From IMG/VR virus record IMGVR_UViG_3300031519_007630, positions 1 through 34,021 of that record: a stretch of 34,021 nt of DNA, one strand, 5' to 3'. Numbering within the stretch: the stretch's first letter is position 1; every line of letters starts with the position of its first letter. This document shows, one piece after another, positions 16,772-25,270 of this stretch. The translations under genes and the position numbers were made by a program. The DNA is from a virus. Taxonomy: Duplodnaviria > Caudoviricetes. The notes beneath the pieces were generated by a model. It did not search any database and was not told where the DNA came from. It saw only the letters and a program-made list of their open reading frames with translations.

Positions 16772-17267
16772 TTATGGTGACTGCTTTTACGATGAAGATT
16801 CTGTAATTGATCTACTGTATAAAGATCCTGAGCTAGACATTTCAAAACTAATTATTGACTCTCCAAAATACAATTCATCTATAGCATCCTTAGGAATAAA
16901 CCTAGCAAAAATACCTACAGCACCAGATAGGCAAATGCCAATAGCAGAGTTTGATGAAGTAAATTGTAAAAACTGGCATATGCCAGAAAGTTATAGTGAG
17001 ATCAATGTCCTGCAATGGTTACTAGACAAATGTCAAAATGATGCTGAAAGATTACGAGTACAGGAAGAATATTCTTTATTTGAGCAGAAAAAATTTATAA
17101 AGGTTTTACAGTTTTTGATATATTTTGTAGACACACTTAGACAAAATAGCATGGTCTGGGGCGTTGGCAGAGGATCTTCGGTAAGTAGTTTTTGTTTATT
17201 TTTGATTGGAATACACAAAGTAAATCCTATGTTGTATAATTTAGATTACCGTGAATTTTTAAGATGA
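16746..17267 (+). CDS. stand-alone fragment of DNA polymerase III alpha (DnaE)
   Basis: R...E...F.....F......D......GVGRGSS..S...F.IGI..VNP..Y.L....FL matches the DnaE GRGS region. It ends before the PDID catalytic motif. Confidence 0.8.
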   Translation: MAEKIKINDYGDCFYDEDSVIDLLYKDPELDISKLIIDSPKYNSSIASLGINLAKIPTAPDRQMPIAEFDEVNCKNWHMPESYSEINVLQWLLDKCQNDAERLRVQEEYSLFEQKKFIKVLQFLIYFVDTLRQNSMVWGVGRGSSVSSFCLFLIGIHKVNPMLYNLDYREFLR

Positions 17268-17294
17268 TAAGTAAATTAAATAGGAGATAAAAAT

Positions 17295-17678
17295 ATGGGA
17301 ATATCAAGAGCACCAAGAAGAAAAATGTACAGAACCATGCAAGGCCGTATGGTAGATATTGAAAAATTAAGAGGAGCCAACGAAAATACTCCAGCAGTTG
17401 GAAACATGAAAGTTAATGCCAGAGGAGATGTTTTAGGAAAAAGTGGCCAAATTATTAAAGCCAAAGAAAAGGTCATGAAAGAATATTATGAAACTCCTAA
17501 AGGCAGAGCAACAGAACATCCAAGAATTAAAACTCCATCAAAACAAAAAGTTATTCAACCCAAAGCAGTAATTGAAAAAACTGTTGCACCAAAAGTTACA
17601 AAAGCTGTTGAAACAACAAAACCAAAAACTACTGCAACCAAATCAGGCATAGACGCCGCACTTGACGGTATAGAATAA
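17295..17678 (+). CDS. basic hypothetical phage protein
   Basis: AGGAG SD, TAAGTA/TAAATA boxes at 17268-17282, motif AVGNMKVNARGD, K/T/P-rich tail. Confidence 0.75.
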   Translation: MGISRAPRRKMYRTMQGRMVDIEKLRGANENTPAVGNMKVNARGDVLGKSGQIIKAKEKVMKEYYETPKGRATEHPRIKTPSKQKVIQPKAVIEKTVAPKVTKAVETTKPKTTATKSGIDAALDGIE

Positions 17679-17682
17679 TTCA

Positions 17683-18516
17683 ATGGCTATAAAGCACTTG
17701 ATCAATGCCGGTTGTTCATTTGCACATGGCTATGGTAGTACACCGCTAACCACCGAAGAATACAAAATTATAAAACAGCCAGGGTTGGACAAAATATCCA
17801 ATTCTCGATATGTTGGTCAACTAGGTTGTCCAATAGAGAATGGAAACTGGAGTGGAGGATATGCCAGTCAGGGATATTACATTACTAAAAAATTTAATTT
17901 GAGTTACAATGACCTTGCAAGGAATGGTAATAGTAATGAAAGCATACAAAGAAACCTTAAAGATTACTTGGTAGACAAAAAAAATAAAGAAGAACACATT
18001 GTACTGATTGGGTGGACTCATGCATTTAGGAGAGAATACATCAGTTGGAATAAAGATAAACAAAAAGGTGAATGGACACAGTATAGAGAAATACCAAAGC
18101 CAGGTTCTAGATTTTTCAATAGTTTTTTATTAAGATTTACTCGTGCAAATACTTTAGGCAAAACCATGGTAACATTTAATGAAAGAGAAAATCGGCCTAT
18201 TAGTTTTGAAGATCATAGTGAATATCGGAAATACAACATAATTCTAGATACACAGAGATTACTAGAGTCATGGAATGTGCCTTACATTATGTACAACGGG
18301 TGTGGTGCAGAAAATGAAAGCACTATGCCAGCAGTGTTAGACTTAAAAAAACGTATCAAAAAAGAAAATTTTTATATGTTTGAATCTTCTATTGATCAAC
18401 TTCTAAAGGATCACCCAAATTGGAAATTTAGAGACGGTCATCCCAACAACGAATTTCATAAAAAAATGAGTAATAATATGTCTCCTATGTTTCAAAAACT
18501 GTTGACAAACAATTAA
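17683..18516 (+). CDS. SGNH/GDSL-like hydrolase or acyltransferase
   Basis: GCSF, N.A..G.SN..I, VLIGWT...R and C-terminal DGHPN motifs. Confidence 0.6.
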   Translation: MAIKHLINAGCSFAHGYGSTPLTTEEYKIIKQPGLDKISNSRYVGQLGCPIENGNWSGGYASQGYYITKKFNLSYNDLARNGNSNESIQRNLKDYLVDKKNKEEHIVLIGWTHAFRREYISWNKDKQKGEWTQYREIPKPGSRFFNSFLLRFTRANTLGKTMVTFNERENRPISFEDHSEYRKYNIILDTQRLLESWNVPYIMYNGCGAENESTMPAVLDLKKRIKKENFYMFESSIDQLLKDHPNWKFRDGHPNNEFHKKMSNNMSPMFQKLLTNN

Positions 18517-18530
18517 ATTTCATATAATAT
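18502..18530 (+). promoter_or_regulatory. sigma70-like promoter
   Basis: TTGACA (18502-18507) with TAATAT at 17 nt spacing (or TATAAT at 15 nt). ATG follows 7 nt after TAATAT. Confidence 0.7.
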
Positions 18531-18537
18531 ACTACAA

Positions 18538-18984
18538 ATGGGACAGATAGAAGATCTACAAGCAAAAGGTTTTGGCAGTCACGGTGGTAAAACATGGACT
18601 GTTGAAAATGACATTGTACCTTTAAAGAAAAGAGTACTAGTGTCCAACATGAAGTTTGGAGAGGTCAAAACCAAAGGCGGAATTATCATGCCTGACGACG
18701 ATGGATCAGAACACGGTATTCACCCTAGATGGGCCAAAGTATATGCTGTTGGCAGTCAGCAAGAAGATGTCAACGTTGGCGAATGGGTAATGGTTGCACA
18801 CGGAAGATGGTCAAGAGCATTCAAAGTCAAAAAGCAAGACACTGAATTAGAAGTGAGAATGATAGACGAAAACGACATTCTTCTTGTTTCAGAAAATGAT
18901 CCTGGCAATGAAGTTGCTTTAAAAGCTGGTTACATTAACATGGGTGGTGCAAAACAAATGACCAAACTACCCGGCAATGACTAA
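18538..18984 (+). CDS. groES: GroES/Cpn10-like co-chaperonin with terminal extensions
   Basis: PL..RVLV...KTKGGII.P...A.V.AVG...V.VG..V...E.DIL pattern. Confidence 0.85.
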   Translation: MGQIEDLQAKGFGSHGGKTWTVENDIVPLKKRVLVSNMKFGEVKTKGGIIMPDDDGSEHGIHPRWAKVYAVGSQQEDVNVGEWVMVAHGRWSRAFKVKKQDTELEVRMIDENDILLVSENDPGNEVALKAGYINMGGAKQMTKLPGND

Positions 18985-19225
18985 ATTTGTCTGTACAAAA
19001 TGCAATATAGAATTTGACGACTGTAGATATTGGTTTGATAGTTTGTATTTTGCTAAATTTGATCACAGAGAAATTAAACCTTTTTGTGGTCCTAAATGCG
19101 TAGATGAATGGCACAAAGAAAACAAAGTAAAAGAGTGGGAACCAAGAGAAACACCGTATCCAAAAGGTCCGGAGTGGCAAGTAATCCAAAATTTACACCC
19201 TGCCATGTTCCAATCAAAAAATTAG
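18977..19225 (+). CDS. small Cys-containing (zinc-finger-like) protein
   Basis: CTKC...FCGPKC; overlaps the groES stop. Confidence 0.6.
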   Translation: MTKFVCTKCNIEFDDCRYWFDSLYFAKFDHREIKPFCGPKCVDEWHKENKVKEWEPRETPYPKGPEWQVIQNLHPAMFQSKN

Positions 19226-19566
19226 TCACACTAGCAGAACTGGGTCTAGGAGTTGAAAGACCGTTAAATGCTGAAAAACGTAAGTGGATAAAAAAACTTA
19301 CAAAAGAAACTGATCATAAACCAATACTTGTCACGCCAATAAAAGATTCAGGTTACTATGTTTTAGCAGATGGTTGGCACAGAGTACAAGCGGCCAAAAA
19401 GAACAAACAAAAAACTATCTACGCACTACAGGTTCCTGTAAGAGTAGGACTTACTATGGCCAAAGTCAACAAGATATTGAGAGACATAGACAAAGAATTT
19501 AACTACAAATTAGATACCAGTGGCATAGTGGCACACTGGGCAGTACTACAATCAATGTTAAACTAG
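19108..19566 (+). CDS. ParB/sulfiredoxin-like N-terminal domain protein
   Basis: PILV....Y.LADGWHRVQA motif. True start may be GTG 19174. Confidence 0.75.
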   Translation: MAQRKQSKRVGTKRNTVSKRSGVASNPKFTPCHVPIKKLVTLAELGLGVERPLNAEKRKWIKKLTKETDHKPILVTPIKDSGYYVLADGWHRVQAAKKNKQKTIYALQVPVRVGLTMAKVNKILRDIDKEFNYKLDTSGIVAHWAVLQSMLN

Positions 19567-19574
19567 GAGGAAAA

Positions 19575-19694
19575 ATGAAAATATCACAAAAAGCAAAAGC
19601 ATTTAGAACAGTAAAACAGGCAGTAGCAGGATTGGGCCTTATCAGTTTATTATTTTACAGTTTGGTTTTATTTTTAAATTTCTTACAAAGTTAA
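19575..19694 (+). CDS. 39-aa single-TM protein (not in ORF track)
   Basis: AGGAGG SD; MKISQKAKAFRTVKQAVAGLGLISLLFYSLVLFLNFLQS; TAATG coupling to the next gene. Confidence 0.7.
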   Translation: MKISQKAKAFRTVKQAVAGLGLISLLFYSLVLFLNFLQS

Positions 19695-20413
19695 TGGACA
19701 AATTTATTTTTGATGTTGACGGCACTCTTACGCCTAGCAGACAAACAATAAATCCAGACTTTGCTATTTTCTTTAAAAAATTCTGTAAAGAAAATGATGT
19801 GTATCTAATTACAGGCAGTGACAGAAACAAAACAATAGAACAAGTTGGGCAAGAAATTTACAACCTAGCTAAACGTGTGTACAACTGCTCAGGCAGTGAC
19901 GTTTGGGAAGGCAGTCAAAACATCAAACGTAACCACTGGCAACTGCCACAAGATGCAAGAAAATTTTTATTAGATTGTTTACTGACAAGTGAATTTTCAA
20001 ATAAAACAGGCAATCATTTAGAGCAACGTGCTGGTATGTTGAATTTCAGCATTGTTGGAAGGTTGTGTACTATAGAACAACGTATAACATATTGTGAATG
20101 GGATCAAAAGCACAATGAAAGAAATACAATTTCCAAAAAGTTTAACAATCTATTTCCAGAATTACAAGCAACTGTTGGAGGAGAAACAGGAATTGACATT
20201 GCTCCGAAAGGTGCAAATAAAAGTCAAATAGTAGATGATTTTAATTCAAGTGATACACTGCATTTTTTTGGTGACGCAATGGGTATTCAAGGTAATGACT
20301 ATCCTCTAAAAAAGTTGATCATTGACCAGGATCATGGATTATGTTATACTGTGAACAGTTGGAAGGATACAAAAAAATTATTAAATGAAAGAACTTTGGG
20401 TAGAAAAATATAG
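19694..20413 (+). CDS. HAD-IIB hydrolase, eukaryotic-type phosphomannomutase family
   Basis: FDVDGTLT, ITGSD, E.R.GMLNFSIVGR, GGETGIDI and FFGD...GNDYP motifs. Confidence 0.85.
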   Translation: MDKFIFDVDGTLTPSRQTINPDFAIFFKKFCKENDVYLITGSDRNKTIEQVGQEIYNLAKRVYNCSGSDVWEGSQNIKRNHWQLPQDARKFLLDCLLTSEFSNKTGNHLEQRAGMLNFSIVGRLCTIEQRITYCEWDQKHNERNTISKKFNNLFPELQATVGGETGIDIAPKGANKSQIVDDFNSSDTLHFFGDAMGIQGNDYPLKKLIIDQDHGLCYTVNSWKDTKKLLNERTLGRKI

Positions 20414-21311
20414 ACCAGACACATTGAAAGATTATGTGGTTAGAGATGATGCACAACGTCAGCAAATAGGTGCTTGGATAAAAGATGGTGCTATTCCTCA
20501 CTTGTTATTTTCTGGTGCTCCGGGTGTGGGTAAAACAACTCTTGCAAAAATACTTTTTAATGAACTAAAAGTTGATGCCTATGATATACTGGAAATAAAT
20601 GCTTCAAGAGAAAACAGTGTAGACACAGTGCGAGACAAGATAATAAATTTTGTTCAAATCATGCCTTTTGGTGCATTCAAATATGTATTGTTAGATGAAG
20701 CAGACTATATCACTCCCAATGGACAAGCGGCCTTGCGTGGTGTAATGGAAACATATCATACTTCAGCTAGATTTATTTTAACTTGCAATTATCCAAACAG
20801 AGTAATTCCAGCACTTCATTCCCGATGCCAAGGATTCCATATTGAAACAATAGACAAAAATGAGTTTACTGCGAGAGTGGCTACAATTCTAATTGAAGAA
20901 AAAACTGAGCAAGACATTGAAACACTAGACACATATGTCAAAGCAACATATCCAGATTTAAGAAAATGTATTAACATGGTACAAATGAATACTAGAGATG
21001 GCAAACTTGTTCCTCCAGCACAAGGAGATTCTCATCAACAAGATTACAGATTAAAAATGGTTGAACTGTTCAAAGCAGGCAAAATTAACGAAGCAAGAAA
21101 ACTTGTTTGTGCTCAGGCAAGACCAGAAGAGTGTGAAGAAATTTTTAGATGGTTGTATGACAACTTAGAAATTATATCTAAAGACGAAGACCAACAAGAT
21201 AAAGCAATACTAGTTATAAAACAAGGACTTGTTGATCATTCATTTGTTGCTGACCCAGAAATCAATTTGGCAAGTGTTATGATTAAATTGGCAAGACTGC
21301 AAAATGCGTAA
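20385..21311 (+). CDS. sliding-clamp loader AAA+ subunit (RFC small subunit/T4 gp44-like)
   Basis: LWVEKYRP, GAPGVGKT, INAS, LLDEAD and SRC motifs. Confidence 0.93.
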   Translation: MKELWVEKYRPDTLKDYVVRDDAQRQQIGAWIKDGAIPHLLFSGAPGVGKTTLAKILFNELKVDAYDILEINASRENSVDTVRDKIINFVQIMPFGAFKYVLLDEADYITPNGQAALRGVMETYHTSARFILTCNYPNRVIPALHSRCQGFHIETIDKNEFTARVATILIEEKTEQDIETLDTYVKATYPDLRKCINMVQMNTRDGKLVPPAQGDSHQQDYRLKMVELFKAGKINEARKLVCAQARPEECEEIFRWLYDNLEIISKDEDQQDKAILVIKQGLVDHSFVADPEINLASVMIKLARLQNA

Positions 21312-21474
21312 TTGGTTCAAAGTTTGGTTATATGCCCTTGGCAGTTTCTCAGACAAAAAGACAAGACCCTATGACAAACAGGTAGCACTTGTAAGATCTT
21401 TTTGGGTAGTGTTGCACATACTAACCTGTTCAATGATCATTATAGGTAACGGCAGAATACTAGGTTGGTGGTAA
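21304..21474 (+). CDS. 56-aa membrane protein (not in ORF track)
   Basis: MRNWFKVWLYALGSFSDKKTRPYDKQVALVRSFWVVLHILTCSMIIIGNGRILGWW fills the gap between neighbours exactly. Confidence 0.7.
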   Translation: MRNWFKVWLYALGSFSDKKTRPYDKQVALVRSFWVVLHILTCSMIIIGNGRILGWW

Positions 21475-21475
21475 A

Positions 21476-21721
21476 ATGAAAATTAGATATTACAAAGACA
21501 TTGATGGTTGGAGATGGACGGGGTTTTTACTTGCCATGATTGGTGCCTTTATACTATCTAATGCTAATGTTGAAACACAATGGATGGGTTGGGCAATTGC
21601 CACCTGCAGTTGTTCCATATGGATTTATATGGGGATCAAAGATGGCGACACTCCTAGAGCATTGATGGAAGCGATGTACTTGTTATTAGCATTGAGAGCA
21701 ATTTGGAATTGGATAGCATAA
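21476..21721 (+). CDS. small three-TM membrane protein
   Basis: Three hydrophobic Trp-rich segments in 81 aa. Confidence 0.7.
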   Translation: MKIRYYKDIDGWRWTGFLLAMIGAFILSNANVETQWMGWAIATCSCSIWIYMGIKDGDTPRALMEAMYLLLALRAIWNWIA

Positions 21722-21984
21722 TGGGAACTAAACACGCAAAGAAAAGATTTTTAATAATTTACTACACACGTAAACCTGATGGTAAGTTTGATGAATTAGT
21801 TGAATTATCCAAGAAAAAAATAGGTGCTGGCAAACTGACCAAAGCCAAAGTTGTGTTAGATTTGTTAGAGAATAAAATTTTAAAATTAGACTTAGATGGT
21901 GCACCTGAAGATATTACGTACAATCAAGTTTTTGAACATTATAAAAAATTTTATAAAGACGCTATAGAACAGTTTTTAAATTAA
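21721..21984 (+). CDS. hypothetical basic protein
   Basis: ATG at a TAATG overlap; its stop shares TTAA with the convergent phoH. Confidence 0.7.
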   Translation: MGTKHAKKRFLIIYYTRKPDGKFDELVELSKKKIGAGKLTKAKVVLDLLENKILKLDLDGAPEDITYNQVFEHYKKFYKDAIEQFLN

Positions 21985-22694
21985 TCACCATACATATTCA
22001 AAATTTCTGTAACTGCTGGGTGTCTTTGAATATCTGCTTTTGTCAATTCTATAAATCTCACATAACTTGCATTAAAATATCTTTCATAATATCTTCTAAA
22101 GTCCACAAGTCCGTTATCTAACATCCTGTCTGATTGTTTACAATCGCCTGTTATGACCATTTGGCTACCTTTTCCCAGCCTAGTCATTAACATTTTCATT
22201 TGACTTGGTGTTGAGTTTTGCATTTCATCTCCAATTATGAAAGTGTGTTTAAATGTTCTACCTCTCATAAAAGCCAACGGAGCAATTTCTACTGTGCCTG
22301 TGGCCAACATTTCATCTATCTGATGTGGCATAAAATGATTTGCGAATACATCTAGTATTGGTTTCATCCATGGTTCCATTTTTTGATTAATATCGCCAGG
22401 TAAAAATCCTATTTCTTCATCCACTGATGACGCTGGTCTTGTTATTACTATTTTGTCTATCTCGCTTTTTTGAAATCTTTCTATTGCTCGTTCTGTTGCG
22501 AGCATCGTTTTGCCTGTACCGGCAGGGCCTAATGCCACTATAATTCTGTATTGGTAATTTAATAATAGATCTAGATACTCTTGTTGACCTTCTGACTTGG
22601 CCGTAGGTCTAGCCGCAAGTTTTTTTTCGTTTAGATAGTTCATAAAGGATATAATGTTTGATTGTTGTTTTTTGCGTCTTTGTTTACGAGACAT
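21981..22694 (-). CDS. phoH: PhoH-family ATPase
   Basis: GPAGTGKT, ITRP, GFLPG, FMRGRTF, DEMQN, TRLG, GD..QSD and RHP motifs. ATG 22694 lies 10 nt after a minus-strand TAAATA (22705-22710). Confidence 0.95.
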   Translation of the reverse strand: MSRKQRRKKQQSNIISFMNYLNEKKLAARPTAKSEGQQEYLDLLLNYQYRIIVALGPAGTGKTMLATERAIERFQKSEIDKIVITRPASSVDEEIGFLPGDINQKMEPWMKPILDVFANHFMPHQIDEMLATGTVEIAPLAFMRGRTFKHTFIIGDEMQNSTPSQMKMLMTRLGKGSQMVITGDCKQSDRMLDNGLVDFRRYYERYFNASYVRFIELTKADIQRHPAVTEILNMYGD

Positions 22695-22704
22695 ATGATA
22701 AAAG

Positions 22705-22769
22705 TATTTAATGGTGCGACTAGTGAGTAATAGTAGCATAATTGCCGCTAGGCTTTTATCTGCTAAATA
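22705..22769. promoter_or_regulatory. divergent late-type promoter pair
   Basis: TATTTA at 22705-22710 (minus strand, for phoH) and TAAATA at 22764-22769 (plus strand, 5 nt before ATG 22775). Confidence 0.55.
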
Positions 22770-22774
22770 TAATC

Positions 22775-23230
22775 ATGCATGATGTTTTAGACATAATCCG
22801 TAATGTGCAATCGTTGTACGCAATATCACCTAGTCTTACAATACTTAAAGACTTTGAAAGAGTGTTAGATGAGCTAGATGTCTATGTGTTTAAAAATTGG
22901 GAAGACGGAGAACTTTTAGAAGGGCCAAAAGATTCAAGACACTTTGTGACTTGTAGTTTTATGTGGCCAGCAGAAAATATGCCAGATCCTAGTGGTGGCA
23001 AAAGACTATTAGATCGTGGTTGCAAAGTCACATACAAAAAAGATACTTTATTCAAACCAAGACCTATAAAAGGACCTGAAGATTACAGACCAGGTACAAC
23101 CAAAGGCAGAATTGACGGCCATGATATTTGGGTGGTTGAAATACGTATGCCAAAGGAACTAATTGGAAATTTTAAACACAGTACTAATGTGCAAGATCCA
23201 GAAACTAACCAACCAGAAGACACAATATAA
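22775..23230 (+). CDS. conserved-looking hypothetical phage protein
   Basis: DFERVLDELD.YVF.NW..GEL..GP...MPDP.GG.RL. ATG 22775 is preferred over TTG 22742. Confidence 0.75.
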   Translation: MHDVLDIIRNVQSLYAISPSLTILKDFERVLDELDVYVFKNWEDGELLEGPKDSRHFVTCSFMWPAENMPDPSGGKRLLDRGCKVTYKKDTLFKPRPIKGPEDYRPGTTKGRIDGHDIWVVEIRMPKELIGNFKHSTNVQDPETNQPEDTI

Positions 23231-23232
23231 TA

Positions 23233-23967
23233 ATGTTGAATGAAGGACTAAAAGCAGGTGACTTAGACGGTATCATTGAAAAACAATTTTCTGTTGATCA
23301 ATACCAAAGTAAGATGGGTGAAGATACAGATGTTTGTGTTTTATCTTTTGTTTGTACAACTCAAGCAGGAGCAAAAGATTTAGAATCATTTGCTGAAAAA
23401 GGTTACAAAAATGTTTTAGACGCTGATGCAACACCTGGTACGATGATTGATGGCAAGTATAGAGTATTTGTAGAATTTCCTAGAGATGAAAAACTTGCAA
23501 TGTCCATTAAAGAATTTTTAATTGATCTTAAAAAACTAACAAATTTAGAAAGTTTTCAATACACATATCATAAAGGATCTATGCCGGTAGATGCTATTGA
23601 CGAAAATTTAAATGCAATACCATACAGTGCAGAAACATACACACAAAAAATTCAAAATCTTAGAATTGGAGAAACTAAAAAATTCTTTGATAATTTCCAA
23701 ATGATGGAAATGAAATTGAACGACAATATTATGACGATTAAAAAAGACGGACAGCAACAAAGTCTTGCTTTTGAAATACACAATTTTGGGTCAACTGATG
23801 CTATTATAAAAGAAACAAAAGCATTTGCTATTGATCAAAAATCCATGGCAGAGACCATGCACTTAACTAAATTTTTTGGACCTTACAATATTACCAAAAC
23901 AAATGAAAACAAATTCATTTTTAGCAAGGACGGTGAGTCTGCGGTAGTAAGTAAGTACAAATGGTAA
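23233..23967 (+). CDS. hypothetical phage protein
   Basis: 244-aa ORF packed in the operon; begins MLNEGL. Confidence 0.75.
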   Translation: MLNEGLKAGDLDGIIEKQFSVDQYQSKMGEDTDVCVLSFVCTTQAGAKDLESFAEKGYKNVLDADATPGTMIDGKYRVFVEFPRDEKLAMSIKEFLIDLKKLTNLESFQYTYHKGSMPVDAIDENLNAIPYSAETYTQKIQNLRIGETKKFFDNFQMMEMKLNDNIMTIKKDGQQQSLAFEIHNFGSTDAIIKETKAFAIDQKSMAETMHLTKFFGPYNITKTNENKFIFSKDGESAVVSKYKW

Positions 23968-24425
23968 GACTATCAAAAAACTTTACACTTCAAGAATTTA
24001 CTAAAAGTCAAACAGCACTGCGACAAGGTATTGACAATACTCCAGGTGAAGAACACTTGCACAATGCTAAAACATTATTTGAAAAAGTTGTACAGCCTGT
24101 AAGAGAAAAATTTGGTGTGACAGTTATTAATTCGGGATACAGAGGACCAACATTAAATGAAGCAGTTGGTGGCTCAAGCAAATCACAGCACTGCAAAGGC
24201 GAAGCGGTTGACATTGAATGTCCTGGTACACCTAACTATGATGTAGCCAAATGGGTATCCGACAACCTCGACTTTGATCAACTCATATTAGAATTCTACA
24301 CGCCAGGCATACCTGATTCAGGTTGGGTACACGTTTCATACAAAGCAGAAGGCAATCGTAAGAGCATTTTGACTGCAATGAAAGAAAACGGCAAAACTGT
24401 TTACAAGCCTGATCTAATTCAATAA
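23961..24425 (+). CDS. endolysin, Zn peptidase M15 family
   Basis: SGYR, SQHCKGEAVD (H-x6-D) and WVHVS motifs. Confidence 0.88.
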   Translation: MVRLSKNFTLQEFTKSQTALRQGIDNTPGEEHLHNAKTLFEKVVQPVREKFGVTVINSGYRGPTLNEAVGGSSKSQHCKGEAVDIECPGTPNYDVAKWVSDNLDFDQLILEFYTPGIPDSGWVHVSYKAEGNRKSILTAMKENGKTVYKPDLIQ

Positions 24426-24436
24426 ATACGTACATT

Positions 24437-24910
24437 ATGTTTACACAGATTAAAATGGTAATGACCCTTGTAATGGTCCTAGGTTTAGCAGGAGCAGGGG
24501 TATACGTTATGAAATTAAAAGCAGATAATGCCACACTTAAAGCAAATCAAGTGAAATTAGAAACAGCAGTGGCAGAACAAACTAAAATGCTTGAACAACA
24601 GAAAAAAGACTTTAATGCCATAATGGAAAGCAACAAAAAATTAAATGTTTTAATAAACACTTTCAAAAAAGACTTACAAGACCTAGACAAAAGATTCACA
24701 AAGAAAAATAGAGACATCGGCAAACTAGCACTACAAAGAACAGAATCAATTGAAAGAATTGTAAACGGTGGTGGTAAGAATGCGGCAAGATGCATTGAGT
24801 TAGCATCAGGTGCAGAACACACAGAAGCAGAATTAAAAGCAACATTAAAATCAGAGATTAACCCAGAGTGCCCGGCACTAGCAAATCCAAATTATGTACC
24901 ATTTCAATAA
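24437..24910 (+). CDS. putative inner-membrane spanin (Rz-like)
   Basis: Single N-terminal TM, long coiled coil, two C-terminal Cys; follows the endolysin. TAAATA at 24423-24428. Confidence 0.7.
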   Translation: MFTQIKMVMTLVMVLGLAGAGVYVMKLKADNATLKANQVKLETAVAEQTKMLEQQKKDFNAIMESNKKLNVLINTFKKDLQDLDKRFTKKNRDIGKLALQRTESIERIVNGGGKNAARCIELASGAEHTEAELKATLKSEINPECPALANPNYVPFQ

Positions 24911-25259
24911 AATATTAGCAGTAGCATTTATTATATTACTGACAGGTTGTAGTATAGGTGGTGAAAAGAAAATTAAAATATTTTCTTTGGAGAAGCCAAG
25001 AGAGAAGTTAGATTATCCAATGCCAACACCTTTACAAATGGAAGAGATCTACTGGCATATTATCACAAGTAAAAACGCACAAGAAGTTTTTAAAAAACTT
25101 GAAGAAGCAGGCATAGACCCTGTGTTGTTTGGAATCACAGACAAAGACTTTCAAGTACTTGCCAGAAATTTTGCACAGATCAGGCAAAAACTGCAAGAAA
25201 CAAACAACCTTTTGCTAGAATACAAGAAGTACTACGAAGACTCTGGTAAATCCGAATAA
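24894..25259 (+). CDS. putative outer-membrane lipoprotein spanin (Rz1-like)
   Basis: Lipobox LLTGC and Pro-rich segment; overlaps the 3' end of the i-spanin gene. Confidence 0.72.
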   Translation: MYHFNKILAVAFIILLTGCSIGGEKKIKIFSLEKPREKLDYPMPTPLQMEEIYWHIITSKNAQEVFKKLEEAGIDPVLFGITDKDFQVLARNFAQIRQKLQETNNLLLEYKKYYEDSGKSE

Positions 25260-25270
25260 ATACTACTATA

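Noticed and set aside
16746-17300. Pseudogene, intein or intron explanation of the DnaE fragment
   Set aside because: The ORF is clean, no DnaE continuation appears in other frames, there is no intein block after the breakpoint, and the next gene has its own promoter and SD within 30 nt.
22695-22774. Upstream extensions of phoH (to 22739) and of the next gene (from 22742) in the ORF track
   Set aside because: Both extensions run through the TAAATA boxes. The downstream ATGs (22694, 22775) fit the window-wide promoter-to-start spacing.
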